A DNA stretch of 20,489 nt from Candidatus Fraserbacteria bacterium (GCA_037443265.1 JBBIOR010000001.1:48940-69428), one strand, 5' to 3'; positions 1 to 9,013 are shown, counted from the first letter of the stretch. Program-made: numbers and translations. The notes: generated by a model from the letters alone, not told the origin.

Positions 1-1
1 A

Positions 2-553
2 GGCGAAGGCGAGCGCATCCCCCTGAGAGCGATCTTCGAGAAATTAGAGAATTTTATGGTCATAGGCCGAGGAGCCCGCGGCCCCAATCCCGAAAAGAAG
101 AGCATCAACACTTTTGGGGTACAGTTTGCCCAAGTGGAAGTCGACACCGAGACAGGCCAAGTGAGAGTTGAGAAGATCGTGGCCGTGCACGAGTCTGGGC
201 GCGTGATCAATCCTTTGCTCATTAAAAGCCAGCTCGAAGGTGGGATCATTCAGGGCTTGGGGTTTGCGCTTCTTGAGCAGCGCTTAGTGGACCCGCGTCG
301 AGGCCTTGTGGTCAACCCAAGCTTAGAGACTTATAAAATGCCGACCCTCTCAGACGTGCCAGAGATTCTCGCTGAGATGATCGACCTGCCCGATGTTGAG
401 ATCAATAATATTGGCGTGAAGGGTGTAGGCGAGCCGCCGATCATCCCCACAGCCGCGGCCATTGCCAACGCCGTGGCCGATGCCTTGGGCGTGCGCATCT
501 ACGAGTTGCCCCTTACGCCCGATCGCGTTCTGAACGCGCTGGAGTCTCAATGA
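2..553 (+). CDS. Xanthine dehydrogenase/aldehyde oxidoreductase family molybdopterin-binding subunit, C-terminal part (5' truncated by window)
   Basis: Frame is open from base 2 (GEGERIPLRAIFEKLENFMV...). Family motifs FAQVEVDTETG, GRVINP, QLEGGIIQGLG, KGVGEPP (catalytic Glu) and LPLTP. Stop overlaps the next start (ATGA, 550-553). Confidence 0.93.
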   Translation, partial: GEGERIPLRAIFEKLENFMVIGRGARGPNPEKKSINTFGVQFAQVEVDTETGQVRVEKIVAVHESGRVINPLLIKSQLEGGIIQGLGFALLEQRLVDPRRGLVVNPSLETYKMPTLSDVPEILAEMIDLPDVEINNIGVKGVGEPPIIPTAAAIANAVADALGVRIYELPLTPDRVLNALESQ

Positions 554-1521
554 AAAACTTTCAGCACGTCAATGCGCCAGATTTAGAGACGGCGATTGCG
601 CTCTTGCAGGAGCCTGGCGCCAAGGCCATCGCCGGAGGCACGGATCTTCTGATGGAGATGAAAGATCGCATTCAAACGCCTGCGTTGCTCGTCAATCTTA
701 AGGCGATTCCCGATCTCATCTTCATCAAGGAAGATGAAAAATTCGTGCGCATCGGGGCTCTTACCACCCTAAGCGATCTCGAATCTCACCCGCTCATTCG
801 CGAACGCTATCCCATTCTGGCGCAAGCAGCCTCGCTGGCGGCGACGCCGCAGCTGCGCAATGCTGGAACCGTGGCTGGAAATCTCGTACAACAAGTGCGC
901 TGCTGGTATTATCGCCATCCCGAGGTGAACTGCTGGCTCAAAGGTGGCGTGGAGTGCTATGCAGAAGAGGGAGTGAACGCCCGTCATGCCATCTTTGGGA
1001 GTAGTCCCTGTATTGCGGTCCACCCTTCGGATCTCGCGCCCGCATTGATTGCGCTGGATGCCCAAGTGCGCGTCGTGGGACCCGAAGCGGACGGAGAGCT
1101 TGCGCTCGAAGAGATCTATCGCTTGCCCGATGAGCGCCTGCGAGAACGGACAGCGTTGGGATCCGCTGATCTCATCACGGAGATTCTCATACCCAAGCGT
1201 CCGGAAAGCTCTCGGGGTGTGTTCTTGAAGGTGATGGAGCGGGCGACGTGGTCGTTTGCCATCGTGAGCGTTGCAGTGCAGATCGACTTTGACGGCGAGC
1301 ACGTGAAGAATGCGCGCATGGTGCTGGGGGGTGTAGCTGGCAGGCCCTGGCGAGTTCATGAGACTGAAAAACTTCTCCAAGGGAAAGTGCTGGATGAGGA
1401 GTTGGCCGAGCGGGCCGGTGAGGCCGCGGTGGCGGGCGCGCAGCCACGGGAATATAACGCCTACAAGATCCCACTGACGAAGAGCTTAGTAAAGCGGGCG
1501 CTTCAGAAGCTGGCCGGCTGA
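550..1521 (+). CDS. Xanthine dehydrogenase family FAD-binding subunit, PaoB/YagS type with a four-Cys [4Fe-4S] insertion
   Basis: FAD motifs AGGTDL and QLRNAGTVAGN; RCWYYR..C..C..CIAVHPSD insertion typical of PaoB; C-terminal LGGVA..PWR and NAYK. Confidence 0.92.
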   Translation: MKNFQHVNAPDLETAIALLQEPGAKAIAGGTDLLMEMKDRIQTPALLVNLKAIPDLIFIKEDEKFVRIGALTTLSDLESHPLIRERYPILAQAASLAATPQLRNAGTVAGNLVQQVRCWYYRHPEVNCWLKGGVECYAEEGVNARHAIFGSSPCIAVHPSDLAPALIALDAQVRVVGPEADGELALEEIYRLPDERLRERTALGSADLITEILIPKRPESSRGVFLKVMERATWSFAIVSVAVQIDFDGEHVKNARMVLGGVAGRPWRVHETEKLLQGKVLDEELAERAGEAAVAGAQPREYNAYKIPLTKSLVKRALQKLAG

Positions 1522-1748
1522 GGGATTCATCAGAAGATGGCAGAAGCAGAAAAAATACCGTTATTTCCGGGTGGCCAAGACAGGGGAGGTCTGGGAAATC
1601 GTCGAGACGATCGTGTTACGCAAGCGTCGGCTCCAGAGCTGAACAGCTGGCGGGAGGAGATTGAGCGCGGCCCGGTGGCCCGCTATCTGAGAGACCTGCA
1701 AGCCCCTATGGGCCTCAAGCCGACGTTGGTCTGCCGGGTGGAGGTTTC

Positions 1749-1778
1749 TTGACATCTTCGCCATATATTTAGTATGGT
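1749..1778 (+). promoter_or_regulatory. Sigma70-type promoter of the TA operon with a candidate autoregulatory operator
   Basis: TTGACA 1749-1754, 18-bp spacer, TATGGT 1773-1778; inverted repeat CCATA-N7-TATGG at 1761-1777 overlaps the spacer and -10. Confidence 0.55.
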
Positions 1779-1804
1779 AGTAGTGTATGGAAGGAGGGCT
1801 GACG

Positions 1805-2068
1805 ATGGGTTCTATAAAGCGCACATACGTCCTGCCACCCGATCTGCTGGAGAAATTCGAGGAGGAAGTGGAGCCAGGCCGTCGTAGCGCGGTCATCACA
1901 GAATTGCTGCGCCAATGGCTCGATGAACGGAGGCGTCAGCGTCTGCGGGCTCAGGTGATCGAGGGCTGCCACGAGATGGCGGACGTGATGTTGGAGATCG
2001 AGCGGGAGTTCCGACCGTTGGATGAGGAGATCGATCGTGCCCTTGGCGACATCACTCCGACGCGGTGA
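1805..2068 (+). CDS. Ribbon-helix-helix (CopG/MazE-like) antitoxin
   Basis: SD GGAGG before ATG 1805; N-terminal beta-strand/helix/helix pattern (KRTYVLPPDLLEKFEE...RSAVITELLRQWL); acidic C-terminus; overlaps the downstream toxin. Confidence 0.8.
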   Translation: MGSIKRTYVLPPDLLEKFEEEVEPGRRSAVITELLRQWLDERRRQRLRAQVIEGCHEMADVMLEIEREFRPLDEEIDRALGDITPTR

Positions 2069-2399
2069 TATCGTGTATCTCCAACTCAGTCCGGTAGTCG
2101 GCTCCGAGCAGGCCGGTACCCGTCCGGCCTTGGTCATCTCACCCGACGTCATCAACGAGCACTCCCCGGTCATCTTGATCGCTCCTCTCACCAGCAAGAA
2201 GACCGAGCGCGTCTACCCCTTTGAAGCGGTGATTGAGCCCCCTGAGGGAGGTGTGAAGCGCCGTTCCAAGGTGATGCTCACGCACTTACGGGGCGTTGAC
2301 AAGCGACGAATTACTGATGTATACGGGCATGTCGGCGAGGAGACGATGTGGCGTGTGGAGGATGCGCTCAAGATAGCCACAGGTTTGGTCGAGTTTTAA
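2037..2399 (+). CDS. mazF: Type II toxin, PemK/MazF family endoribonuclease
   Basis: RRGDIV..LSPVVGSEQAGTRPALVIS and APLTS motifs. GTG 2037 lies 7 nt after GAGGAG (alternative starts 2022 and 2043). Confidence 0.93.
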   Translation: MPLATSLRRGDIVYLQLSPVVGSEQAGTRPALVISPDVINEHSPVILIAPLTSKKTERVYPFEAVIEPPEGGVKRRSKVMLTHLRGVDKRRITDVYGHVGEETMWRVEDALKIATGLVEF

Positions 2400-2421
2400 C
2401 ATTAAACCAAGGAGGTAGCGC

Positions 2422-2676
2422 ATGGGCATTCCCGATTATCAATCTATCTATCATGCTCCCACTTCTTGAGTTTTTGAGTTTGCCGGAGATGGGCGCGAGC
2501 ATACTGTGCATTTCTCCAAAGAAGCCAGGGAGTATGCAGCCAGCATTGATAGCAAAATCGTCCTCATCGATGGAGAACGATTAGCAGAGCTGATGATAGA
2601 CTACGGAGTGGGCGTTTCCCGAGTTACTTCCTATGAGATCAAGAAGATTGACCAGGACTACTTCACCGAGGCATAG
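2422..2676 (+). pseudogene. mrr: Mrr restriction protein remnant (N- and C-termini only, internal deletion, frameshifts)
   Basis: SD AAGGAGGT then ATG 2422. Removing two tandem duplications gives MGIPDYQSIMLPLLEFAGDGREHTV (Mrr N-terminus) joined directly to FSKEAREYAASIDSKIVLIDGERLAELMIDYGVGVSRVTSYEIKKIDQDYFTEA* (Mrr C-terminus). In-frame TGA at 2467. Confidence 0.85.
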
Positions 2677-2787
2677 TTTGCGCGAGAGATTGATTATAGT
2701 GGAGCTGGTAAGACGCAGGCCGCAGAGGGCGCAGAGTCTGGGATAAACTCAACCAGTGCGGCTCCGGCAAGATCTGGATCGAGAGAG

Positions 2788-3345
2788 ATGAAGAAAGCCC
2801 TGCTTCTTGGGATCGGGACGCTGCTTATCGTCGTGCTTCTCTTCGGCTGCAGCCAGAGAGAATCCCAGAGAGGAGGCGAGTCTATGGCCTTCACCCTCAC
2901 CAGCCCGGCGTTTTCAGAGGGCGCGCGCATCCCAGATCGTTACACCTGCACCGCGGAGGACCTCTCGCCCCCTCTGACATGGAGTGGGGCGCCCTCCGGC
3001 ACGCAGAGCTTCGCCCTGGTCGTAGAAGACCCCGATGCCCCTGGAGGGACCTTCATCCACTGGGTGGTGTATAACCTGCCCGCTGTGGAGATGCAGCTGC
3101 CCGAAGGAGTGCCCCAGACGGAGCAGCTGGAGGGCGGGGCCAGACAAGGGCTCAACGACTTCGGCTCTTTGGGCTATCGGGGGCCCTGTCCACCCCGGGG
3201 CAAGCCCCATAGATATTTCTTTGTGCTGCAGGCCCTGGACACGACCCTTGCGCCCCAGGCACAGATGACCCAGGCCCAATTGGAGAGGGAGATGCGGGGG
3301 CATGTGCTAGCTGAGGCACGTCTTATGGGAACATACGGCCGTTGA
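2788..3345 (+). CDS. YbhB/YbcL family PEBP (Raf kinase inhibitor-like) protein, predicted lipoprotein
   Basis: Lipobox LFGC after a hydrophobic signal; LTSPAF, SPPLTW, DPDAP..FIHW, YRGPCPP and HRYFF motifs. Confidence 0.93.
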   Translation: MKKALLLGIGTLLIVVLLFGCSQRESQRGGESMAFTLTSPAFSEGARIPDRYTCTAEDLSPPLTWSGAPSGTQSFALVVEDPDAPGGTFIHWVVYNLPAVEMQLPEGVPQTEQLEGGARQGLNDFGSLGYRGPCPPRGKPHRYFFVLQALDTTLAPQAQMTQAQLEREMRGHVLAEARLMGTYGR

Positions 3346-3418
3346 GACCTAGCTGGAGCCTCCGGACGACCAACGCGGGCGCAGGTGGTGGGGTCAGCTT
3401 GCTCGCCGGGGTGCGCTG

Positions 3419-5278
3419 CTAGCGGGCCAATAAGTAGCGCTCGAGAAACTCGGCTGCAGCTCTATAAGCTTTCAGCTCGTTGTGGCGCTGGGTGAAGCCG
3501 TGGCCTTCATCTTCGAAGACCAGATACTCGACGGTGCCGCCACGGGCTCGGAGGCGCTCGACCATCTGGTCCGACTCGGCTTTGACCACGCGCGGGTCGT
3601 TGGCCCCCTGAATCACTAAGAGCGGACAACGGACATCATCCACATAAGTGATGGGCGAGCGCTCCCGCAGAAACTCCCGATCTTCGTCGGGGTCGCCCAC
3701 CCACTCTTTCATGAAACGCCTCCAGTGTGGCGGCACACTCTTGGCGAACGTCACCAAGTTGCTCGGACCTACGACGTCTACCGCAGCCGCCCAGTACTGA
3801 GGCAGGCGCGTCACGCACGAGAGCGTGGCGAATCCACCGAAGCTGCCGCCCACCACCCCGATGCGTTCGGGGTCTACCCAGTCGAGCCTATGCAGAAATT
3901 TGACGGCGTGCTCGAAGTCTTTGAGTTCACCGCCGCCCCAATCCCTACGAATGAGCTTCTGATACGACTTGCCGTAGCCGGTGCTCCCTCGATAGTTAGG
4001 CGATAGAACCCCGATCCCCCGGTTGAGCAAGTACTGATAGAAAGATTTGAAGTTGGGCAGCTCTTGGACCTCGGGGCCGCCATGGATCGCCAGCACGGCA
4101 GGGCAGCGCTCGCCTGACTTAAGTCCTAGCGGCTTGTAGAGCCAAGCCGGGATCTTACGACCGTCCCACGTCTCGTAGTGCACGAGCTCGGGTTCCACTA
4201 GATCTTTTTCGGGGATGTTGCCGAGCATGGCAAAAGTGATTTGCCGGAGCCTTCCCCGCTCGAGGTCGAGCACATAGAGATCCTGCGGGCGGCGCGAAGT
4301 GTTCAGCCAGAAAGCCAGAAAGCGCCCGTTGGGGGAGAAGCGCAACTGAGCCCCTAAGCCCGCAGAAAAGATGCCCTGGGGAAGCTCCGGCAGCGGCAGC
4401 AGCTGCTGTCTCCTAAGATCGCGCACATAGAGCTTGTGGACACCGTCTTCGTTGACCACCCAGGCTAAATAGCGACCCTCGCGGGAGAGCTCGACAGTTT
4501 CGACGTCCCAGTCGGGGGTCTCGACCCAGCGCCGCTGGCCCTTTTGTAAGTCATAAAACGCTAGGCCCTTAAACTCACGCCCCTCATCCGTGAGGAGATA
4601 GAAGCCGGAGCCGTCAGGGAGCCACGGGCCGGGGGAATAGACCACTTGGCCCTCGTGAGGAGTTAAATTTTGCGCTGCACCCGAGGCTAAATCCACGAGC
4701 AAAATGTCTTGGTCCGTGTTGCTCTTGACGTTGAGTGCGAGTAGCTTCTGACCGTCGGGCGACCAGTTGCTGACGGCATAGTATTTACCGTCTCCCAGCA
4801 GCAGGCGCTTCTCGCCCCTTTTAAGATCGAGCACCCACAGGTCCATGTCGGTGGGCACGCGCTCATTGCACCAGTAAGCGATCTTAGCCCCATCGGGCGA
4901 GAAACAGTCTTGATGAAAATAGTACTGAACTTTGGGGTTGTCGGTAAGGGGTTGGGGCCAGCCGGTGCGCATGCGATAGATCTGATGGAACTCCGTGCCG
5001 TGGCGGTCGGCCATGAACAGAATCTCCCCTCCCGTAGGCGAGCAGCCGATGCTCCGCACGGTCTCTTCTTCGAAGGCCGTGAGCTGATAGGGCCAGCCCC
5101 CGCGGACCGATTGGCGCCAGAGATTGAACTGACCCGAGGTGTTCGCCACATAGAGCACCGAACGGCTGTCGTGCGCAAAAGTCATGTCGCCGTAGCGACG
5201 GACAGCGAAGAACTGTTCAAACGCATAGCGCGGCGGGCAGCGCAGACGGACCCGCCTGGACGAATAAGCAGTCGCCAT
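3419..5278 (-). CDS. S9 family (prolyl oligopeptidase / acylaminoacyl peptidase-like) serine peptidase
   Basis: N-terminal beta-propeller repeats (FSPDG, WSPDG, FSPNG); [13 protein letters not shown], nucleophile [14 protein letters not shown] (Asp) and DEGHGF (His). Start chosen at ATG 5278; the track extends to 5353. Confidence 0.93.
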   Translation of the reverse strand: MATAYSSRRVRLRCPPRYAFEQFFAVRRYGDMTFAHDSRSVLYVANTSGQFNLWRQSVRGGWPYQLTAFEEETVRSIGCSPTGGEILFMADRHGTEFHQIYRMRTGWPQPLTDNPKVQYYFHQDCFSPDGAKIAYWCNERVPTDMDLWVLDLKRGEKRLLLGDGKYYAVSNWSPDGQKLLALNVKSNTDQDILLVDLASGAAQNLTPHEGQVVYSPGPWLPDGSGFYLLTDEGREFKGLAFYDLQKGQRRWVETPDWDVETVELSREGRYLAWVVNEDGVHKLYVRDLRRQQLLPLPELPQGIFSAGLGAQLRFSPNGRFLAFWLNTSRRPQDLYVLDLERGRLRQITFAMLGNIPEKDLVEPELVHYETWDGRKIPAWLYKPLGLKSGERCPAVLAIHGGPEVQELPNFKSFYQYLLNRGIGVLSPNYRGSTGYGKSYQKLIRRDWGGGELKDFEHAVKFLHRLDWVDPERIGVVGGSFGGFATLSCVTRLPQYWAAAVDVVGPSNLVTFAKSVPPHWRRFMKEWVGDPDEDREFLRERSPITYVDDVRCPLLVIQGANDPRVVKAESDQMVERLRARGGTVEYLVFEDEGHGFTQRHNELKAYRAAAEFLERYLLAR

Positions 5279-5410
5279 AGACAGATCACTATACCCCCCG
5301 ATGGCGCTCGTTCGTGGCAGCACCATCACGGTGTTTAGTATCTTAAGTACCACAGATTGAGAGGGTCGTCAAGTTGAGTGTTTGAGCCCGATGAGGGATG
5401 GTAGAGTCGG

Positions 5411-6151
5411 CTAGTGAGGGAGGGGGAGGACCGCGAAAGTGAGGGGAGCCTCATCGGAGCTTTTCGGAGTGGTAGCTCTAATCAAGATCCGTGTCTCTCC
5501 GCTGGGGGCATCTGCGGGGGCTTTTATAAGAAGAAGAACTTCTCGGCTCTCCCCAGGAGCGAGCAGCGTGTCAGTCCCTGGCGCAAGCCTGAGCTCCCAG
5601 CCGCTCGGCAAGCCCGGCAGGGAGAACTGTACCGGGGCAGCCACATTCCCCGTGTTGACTACTCTAAAAGCATAGCGGCTCTCTTGGCCCGCTGTGATGG
5701 AGAGCTGTTCTCCAGGCAGCCGCAGCTTCACGCGCTCCGCCCGGCCGATCTGGACGAAAGCCATGGCGGAAGCTTGGAGCGTCGCGTCGTTCTGCAGGCT
5801 AGCCGTTACGCTCAGGCCATACCTGCCCGGCGGGGTAGCTGGCGGAATCTGCACTGTGAGAAAGATCTTCTCCTCGGCCCCCGCCTCTAAGTCTAGGCGA
5901 AGGGAAGCGGGCATGTCTAGCAGCGTCCAGCCCTCCGGAACGCCCAGCCGGATCCCGTAGCTATCGGCGCCTGCGCTTTGGTTGCGCACACTGAAGACGT
6001 GGGTGACGAAGTCCTCAGGCAGAGCCATCTTGGCAGAGCTCAGCAGGCGCACCTGGAGCGGCGCTGGGGGAGAGAAGTTTCTTATCGCCAAAAAGCTCAC
6101 GAACCCCATCACAGCCAGCGCGGCTATCACGATCAAACGCTTGCGCCTCAT
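5411..6151 (-). CDS. Membrane-anchored or secreted protein with two NEW3/COG1470-like Ig domains
   Basis: N-terminal basic plus hydrophobic segment; repeated V.N.G/LP.GW/L.PGE.. pattern; visibly similar to the N-terminus of the 912-aa neighbour. Confidence 0.75.
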   Translation of the reverse strand: MRRKRLIVIAALAVMGFVSFLAIRNFSPPAPLQVRLLSSAKMALPEDFVTHVFSVRNQSAGADSYGIRLGVPEGWTLLDMPASLRLDLEAGAEEKIFLTVQIPPATPPGRYGLSVTASLQNDATLQASAMAFVQIGRAERVKLRLPGEQLSITAGQESRYAFRVVNTGNVAAPVQFSLPGLPSGWELRLAPGTDTLLAPGESREVLLLIKAPADAPSGETRILIRATTPKSSDEAPLTFAVLPLPH

Positions 6152-6155
6152 GGCC

Positions 6156-8894
6156 TCACCGGACCGGCACGATCTTCGTCAGTGAATTCTGTAAACCGTC
6201 ATTATCGGTGACAACCAACTTAACGGGGAAGTCACCCGCCGTCAAGAAGACGCGAGTGACGACCTTGCCGGTGGCATCGATGGCGCCGTCGTTGTTGAAG
6301 TCCCACTCGTATTGGACAATCTGGCCGTCAGGGTCGAAGGAGGGCGAGGCATCGAAAGTGACGATCTCGCCGGACTTGGGACGCTGAGGTATGAAGATAA
6401 AGTCGGCCACGGGCGCAAACTTGATGGGCCGGGGCCTCTCCGCCGCGCCGAAGTTTATCCTAATGATCTCTTCCGGCTTAAGAGCGATAGAGACTTCCCG
6501 CGGAGTGGTCAGCTCAAACCCTTTAGGCAGCGTGGTGAGGTCTAGCGCGAGCTGATACTCCCCCGGCGGCACGCGGAAGAGAAAGGCCCCGTCGGGGCCG
6601 GTGATAAATTGCGTGCTCTGGCGCCCGCTCAGGACGATTCGGACGTTGCCGATGCCGCCCTCGCCCGGTTCCCGAATGCCGTTGCGGTTGGCATCATGGA
6701 AGACCGCACCCGTGATGGCGCTGACTCTTCGTAGGGGGACCTCCACGAAAGTCACGCGGCCCGCTTGCACTGTGACCGGAAGGGGCAGCTGGATCTTAGA
6801 CTCTAAAAAGGCGGGCAACTCGGGCATATTTAGCGAAAAGCTCCCCGGCTTGATGGGGGGGAGTCGAAAGCGCCCTTGGGGATTGCTGAGCGCTTGGCCT
6901 TCGTCAAGCGTTACAATCAGATCGGGTACGCCTTCTTCTCCAGGATCGAAGCGCTGGTTATCGTTCTTATCGATGAAGACGACCCCCTCCACTCGGCCTC
7001 GGACCGGAACGGCTTCCACTTGAATCGTAAAGGGCAGGTTGAACGTAAGCGTCGTGCTCAGGCCGATGCCGGAGTCCGCAAAGCTCGCTTCAAGAACAGC
7101 CAGTGAGAGGGAGGTCAGACCGAAGGTGAAGGTGATCCCGCTGGTTTCGGTGCTCCCCGCGCGGCTTCGAAAGAAGCTTGCGGTCAAGAAGGCCCCTTCC
7201 CTGGGGCGCAGGGTCAGCGCCACTGACTGCCTGAGGGTGTCGCTTTGGGTCAGGGCAATATTATCACGCTCTTGCGTTTGCGCATTCGAGAAGGTCAATG
7301 AAAGCATGTTGAGGGAAACGTGGACGTTGAGCGATAGCCCAAACGTCAACTGATCTGTCGGGAACAACGTATCCCCCAGGCGGTGCTCGAGCCTCAAAGT
7401 GGTGTCAAAGCTGAACGGCTCTAGGGACGTGAGCAGACTGGCTTGCCACTGGTTGATGAAGATCCCCGGCAAGGCAGGATCCCCAACAATATTGGTCTGT
7501 GTGAGGCTCCAGAGAAAGCCGGAGGAGAGCTCTAGGGGTCTTAGGGAGAGTGGGAGGCTGAGGGCGCTCGTGAACGAGAGGCAATTTCCGAATTTGGCCC
7601 CTGCTCGACTGAAATCAAAACTCAGCAGCGGAGGGGCAGGGTTCAGTAAGAGGCTCACTCGAAAGGCGCTATCGCTAAAATTAGTCTCGAGGGCCCCGGC
7701 CCCCTCCAAAATCAAGCTGGCCGGTATTTTTAGCGGTAGCTCCCAAGGCATAGCGACATCGAAGATGGACAGATTTTGAACGTCATCTCTGAGTGCTAAT
7801 AGACCCACTCCGCCCCTTTTAGCTCGGAAGGCCGCTTGAATGGCACGCTGCAAGCCGTCTTGGGAGGAAAAGAGGCCCAAGCTCACCAGAGGATGCAACA
7901 ACAAGAGGGTCCTATGGACTGGGGGGCTGACGAGGCGGACCGGCGGGAAGTCCGGGGCACTCCCTGTGCTCAAGCTGAGGGAGAAAGCGCCGATGGAAAA
8001 CGCGGGCAGAAGGCCCACAGGGATCGTACTCGAAAGCAGTATGTCGCCCGGCAGCTCCCCCGTGATAAACAGCTTGGAAGTGAGTGAGTCCAGAATGGGA
8101 GGATTGAGCGGTTCTATAGTACTAAACAGACTAAAGAGGGCGGGCAACTCCAGGCCCAGAAAGGTGGGAACCTGCTCGAAGGGCAACGGCAGGATCGTCG
8201 TCAACACCCGCGCCTCCGCGAAGACCCCGGGCATCGCCGTGGAGGTTGCCCGAAAGAGCAAGGTATCGCGACCGGCCCTGGCGGCCGCAGGAATTCTCAA
8301 GGTCACTCGGACTTCAGCGCGCTCCCCAGGCACTAGCTGCACCCGCTCCGGCACCACCGTCGCTAGAAAGTTACTACTAGAACGCGCGCTGAGCTCGAAG
8401 ATATCTAACACGTTCCCGCGGTTGATCACGATGAAGAGGTACATCACAGTGTCATCAGGCTTGGCTTGCTGGCCTGGCGGGGGCTGGATCACGATGCCAG
8501 CTGCGGGTAACACCTCAACGATGGCTACTCCAGCGGCCTGGACGGTCGGATCGGTCCGAGAAGTCGCTTGCAATTTGATCTCATGCGGGCCCGCCTGGAC
8601 CGTAGGCGACACAGAGATGGTGACAAAGACGCTCTCCTGAGCCCCGACTCCAAGCGTGACCACAGGCGGCGCAATCCCGATGAGCTGAAACCCCTCAGGC
8701 AGAAGGGCGCGAAGATCGTAGCTGTCTGGAACCGTTCCGCGATTAATTACGGTGAAGACGAGGGTGACGAAGTCCCCGGGGCTGGCTGTCTTCGGCGACG
8801 GAGGGATGACCTGCCCCCCAAGTTGCGGCTGGGCCGCTGCACTTACAGCGAGAAGAAGAGCCGTAAGGAAGCCCAAAACGACCCAAAAGCGCAA
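6156..8894 (-). CDS. Large secreted multidomain protein: two NEW3-like Ig domains, putative beta-barrel region, two SdrD-B-like domains, C-terminal PKD (atypical usher candidate)
   Basis: Signal peptide ending AAA-Q; central region rich in alternating hydrophobic strands; GVVFIDKNDNQRFDPGEEG and GAVFHDANRNGIREPGEGG (SdrD-B-like); FDASPSFDPDGQIVQYEWDF (PKD). The usher role is inference. Confidence 0.7.
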   Translation of the reverse strand: MRFWVVLGFLTALLLAVSAAAQPQLGGQVIPPSPKTASPGDFVTLVFTVINRGTVPDSYDLRALLPEGFQLIGIAPPVVTLGVGAQESVFVTISVSPTVQAGPHEIKLQATSRTDPTVQAAGVAIVEVLPAAGIVIQPPPGQQAKPDDTVMYLFIVINRGNVLDIFELSARSSSNFLATVVPERVQLVPGERAEVRVTLRIPAAARAGRDTLLFRATSTAMPGVFAEARVLTTILPLPFEQVPTFLGLELPALFSLFSTIEPLNPPILDSLTSKLFITGELPGDILLSSTIPVGLLPAFSIGAFSLSLSTGSAPDFPPVRLVSPPVHRTLLLLHPLVSLGLFSSQDGLQRAIQAAFRAKRGGVGLLALRDDVQNLSIFDVAMPWELPLKIPASLILEGAGALETNFSDSAFRVSLLLNPAPPLLSFDFSRAGAKFGNCLSFTSALSLPLSLRPLELSSGFLWSLTQTNIVGDPALPGIFINQWQASLLTSLEPFSFDTTLRLEHRLGDTLFPTDQLTFGLSLNVHVSLNMLSLTFSNAQTQERDNIALTQSDTLRQSVALTLRPREGAFLTASFFRSRAGSTETSGITFTFGLTSLSLAVLEASFADSGIGLSTTLTFNLPFTIQVEAVPVRGRVEGVVFIDKNDNQRFDPGEEGVPDLIVTLDEGQALSNPQGRFRLPPIKPGSFSLNMPELPAFLESKIQLPLPVTVQAGRVTFVEVPLRRVSAITGAVFHDANRNGIREPGEGGIGNVRIVLSGRQSTQFITGPDGAFLFRVPPGEYQLALDLTTLPKGFELTTPREVSIALKPEEIIRINFGAAERPRPIKFAPVADFIFIPQRPKSGEIVTFDASPSFDPDGQIVQYEWDFNNDGAIDATGKVVTRVFLTAGDFPVKLVVTDNDGLQNSLTKIVPVR

Positions 8895-8974
8895 GCAAGC
8901 CCCCTTATCCTAGATCTTAGGCGGGGCTTTTAGGGGGCACAGTAATCCAGATCACCCTCTAAAAGAAGGGGGCC

Positions 8975-9003
8975 TTGACAATGCGCCCTTTTTACGCTAA
9001 ATG
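8975..9003 (+). promoter_or_regulatory. Sigma70-type promoter upstream of riboswitch 1
   Basis: TTGACA 8975-8980, 17-bp spacer, imperfect -10 TAAATG 8998-9003, 10 nt before the riboswitch. Confidence 0.5.
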
Positions 9004-9013
9004 TTAAATGAGG

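Noticed and set aside
1537..1752. 71-aa ORF between the FAD subunit and the antitoxin
   Set aside because: No recognisable motif or good SD; may be a decayed fragment but cannot be supported.
2348..2584. 78-aa ORF containing IMLPLLEF
   Set aside because: It only borrows a few frameshifted codons of the mrr pseudogene.
7840..8640. Long antisense ORFs (7840-8640 +, 10255-11025 -, 769-1380 -, and others)
   Set aside because: They lie opposite well-supported genes in GC-rich DNA and carry no motifs.
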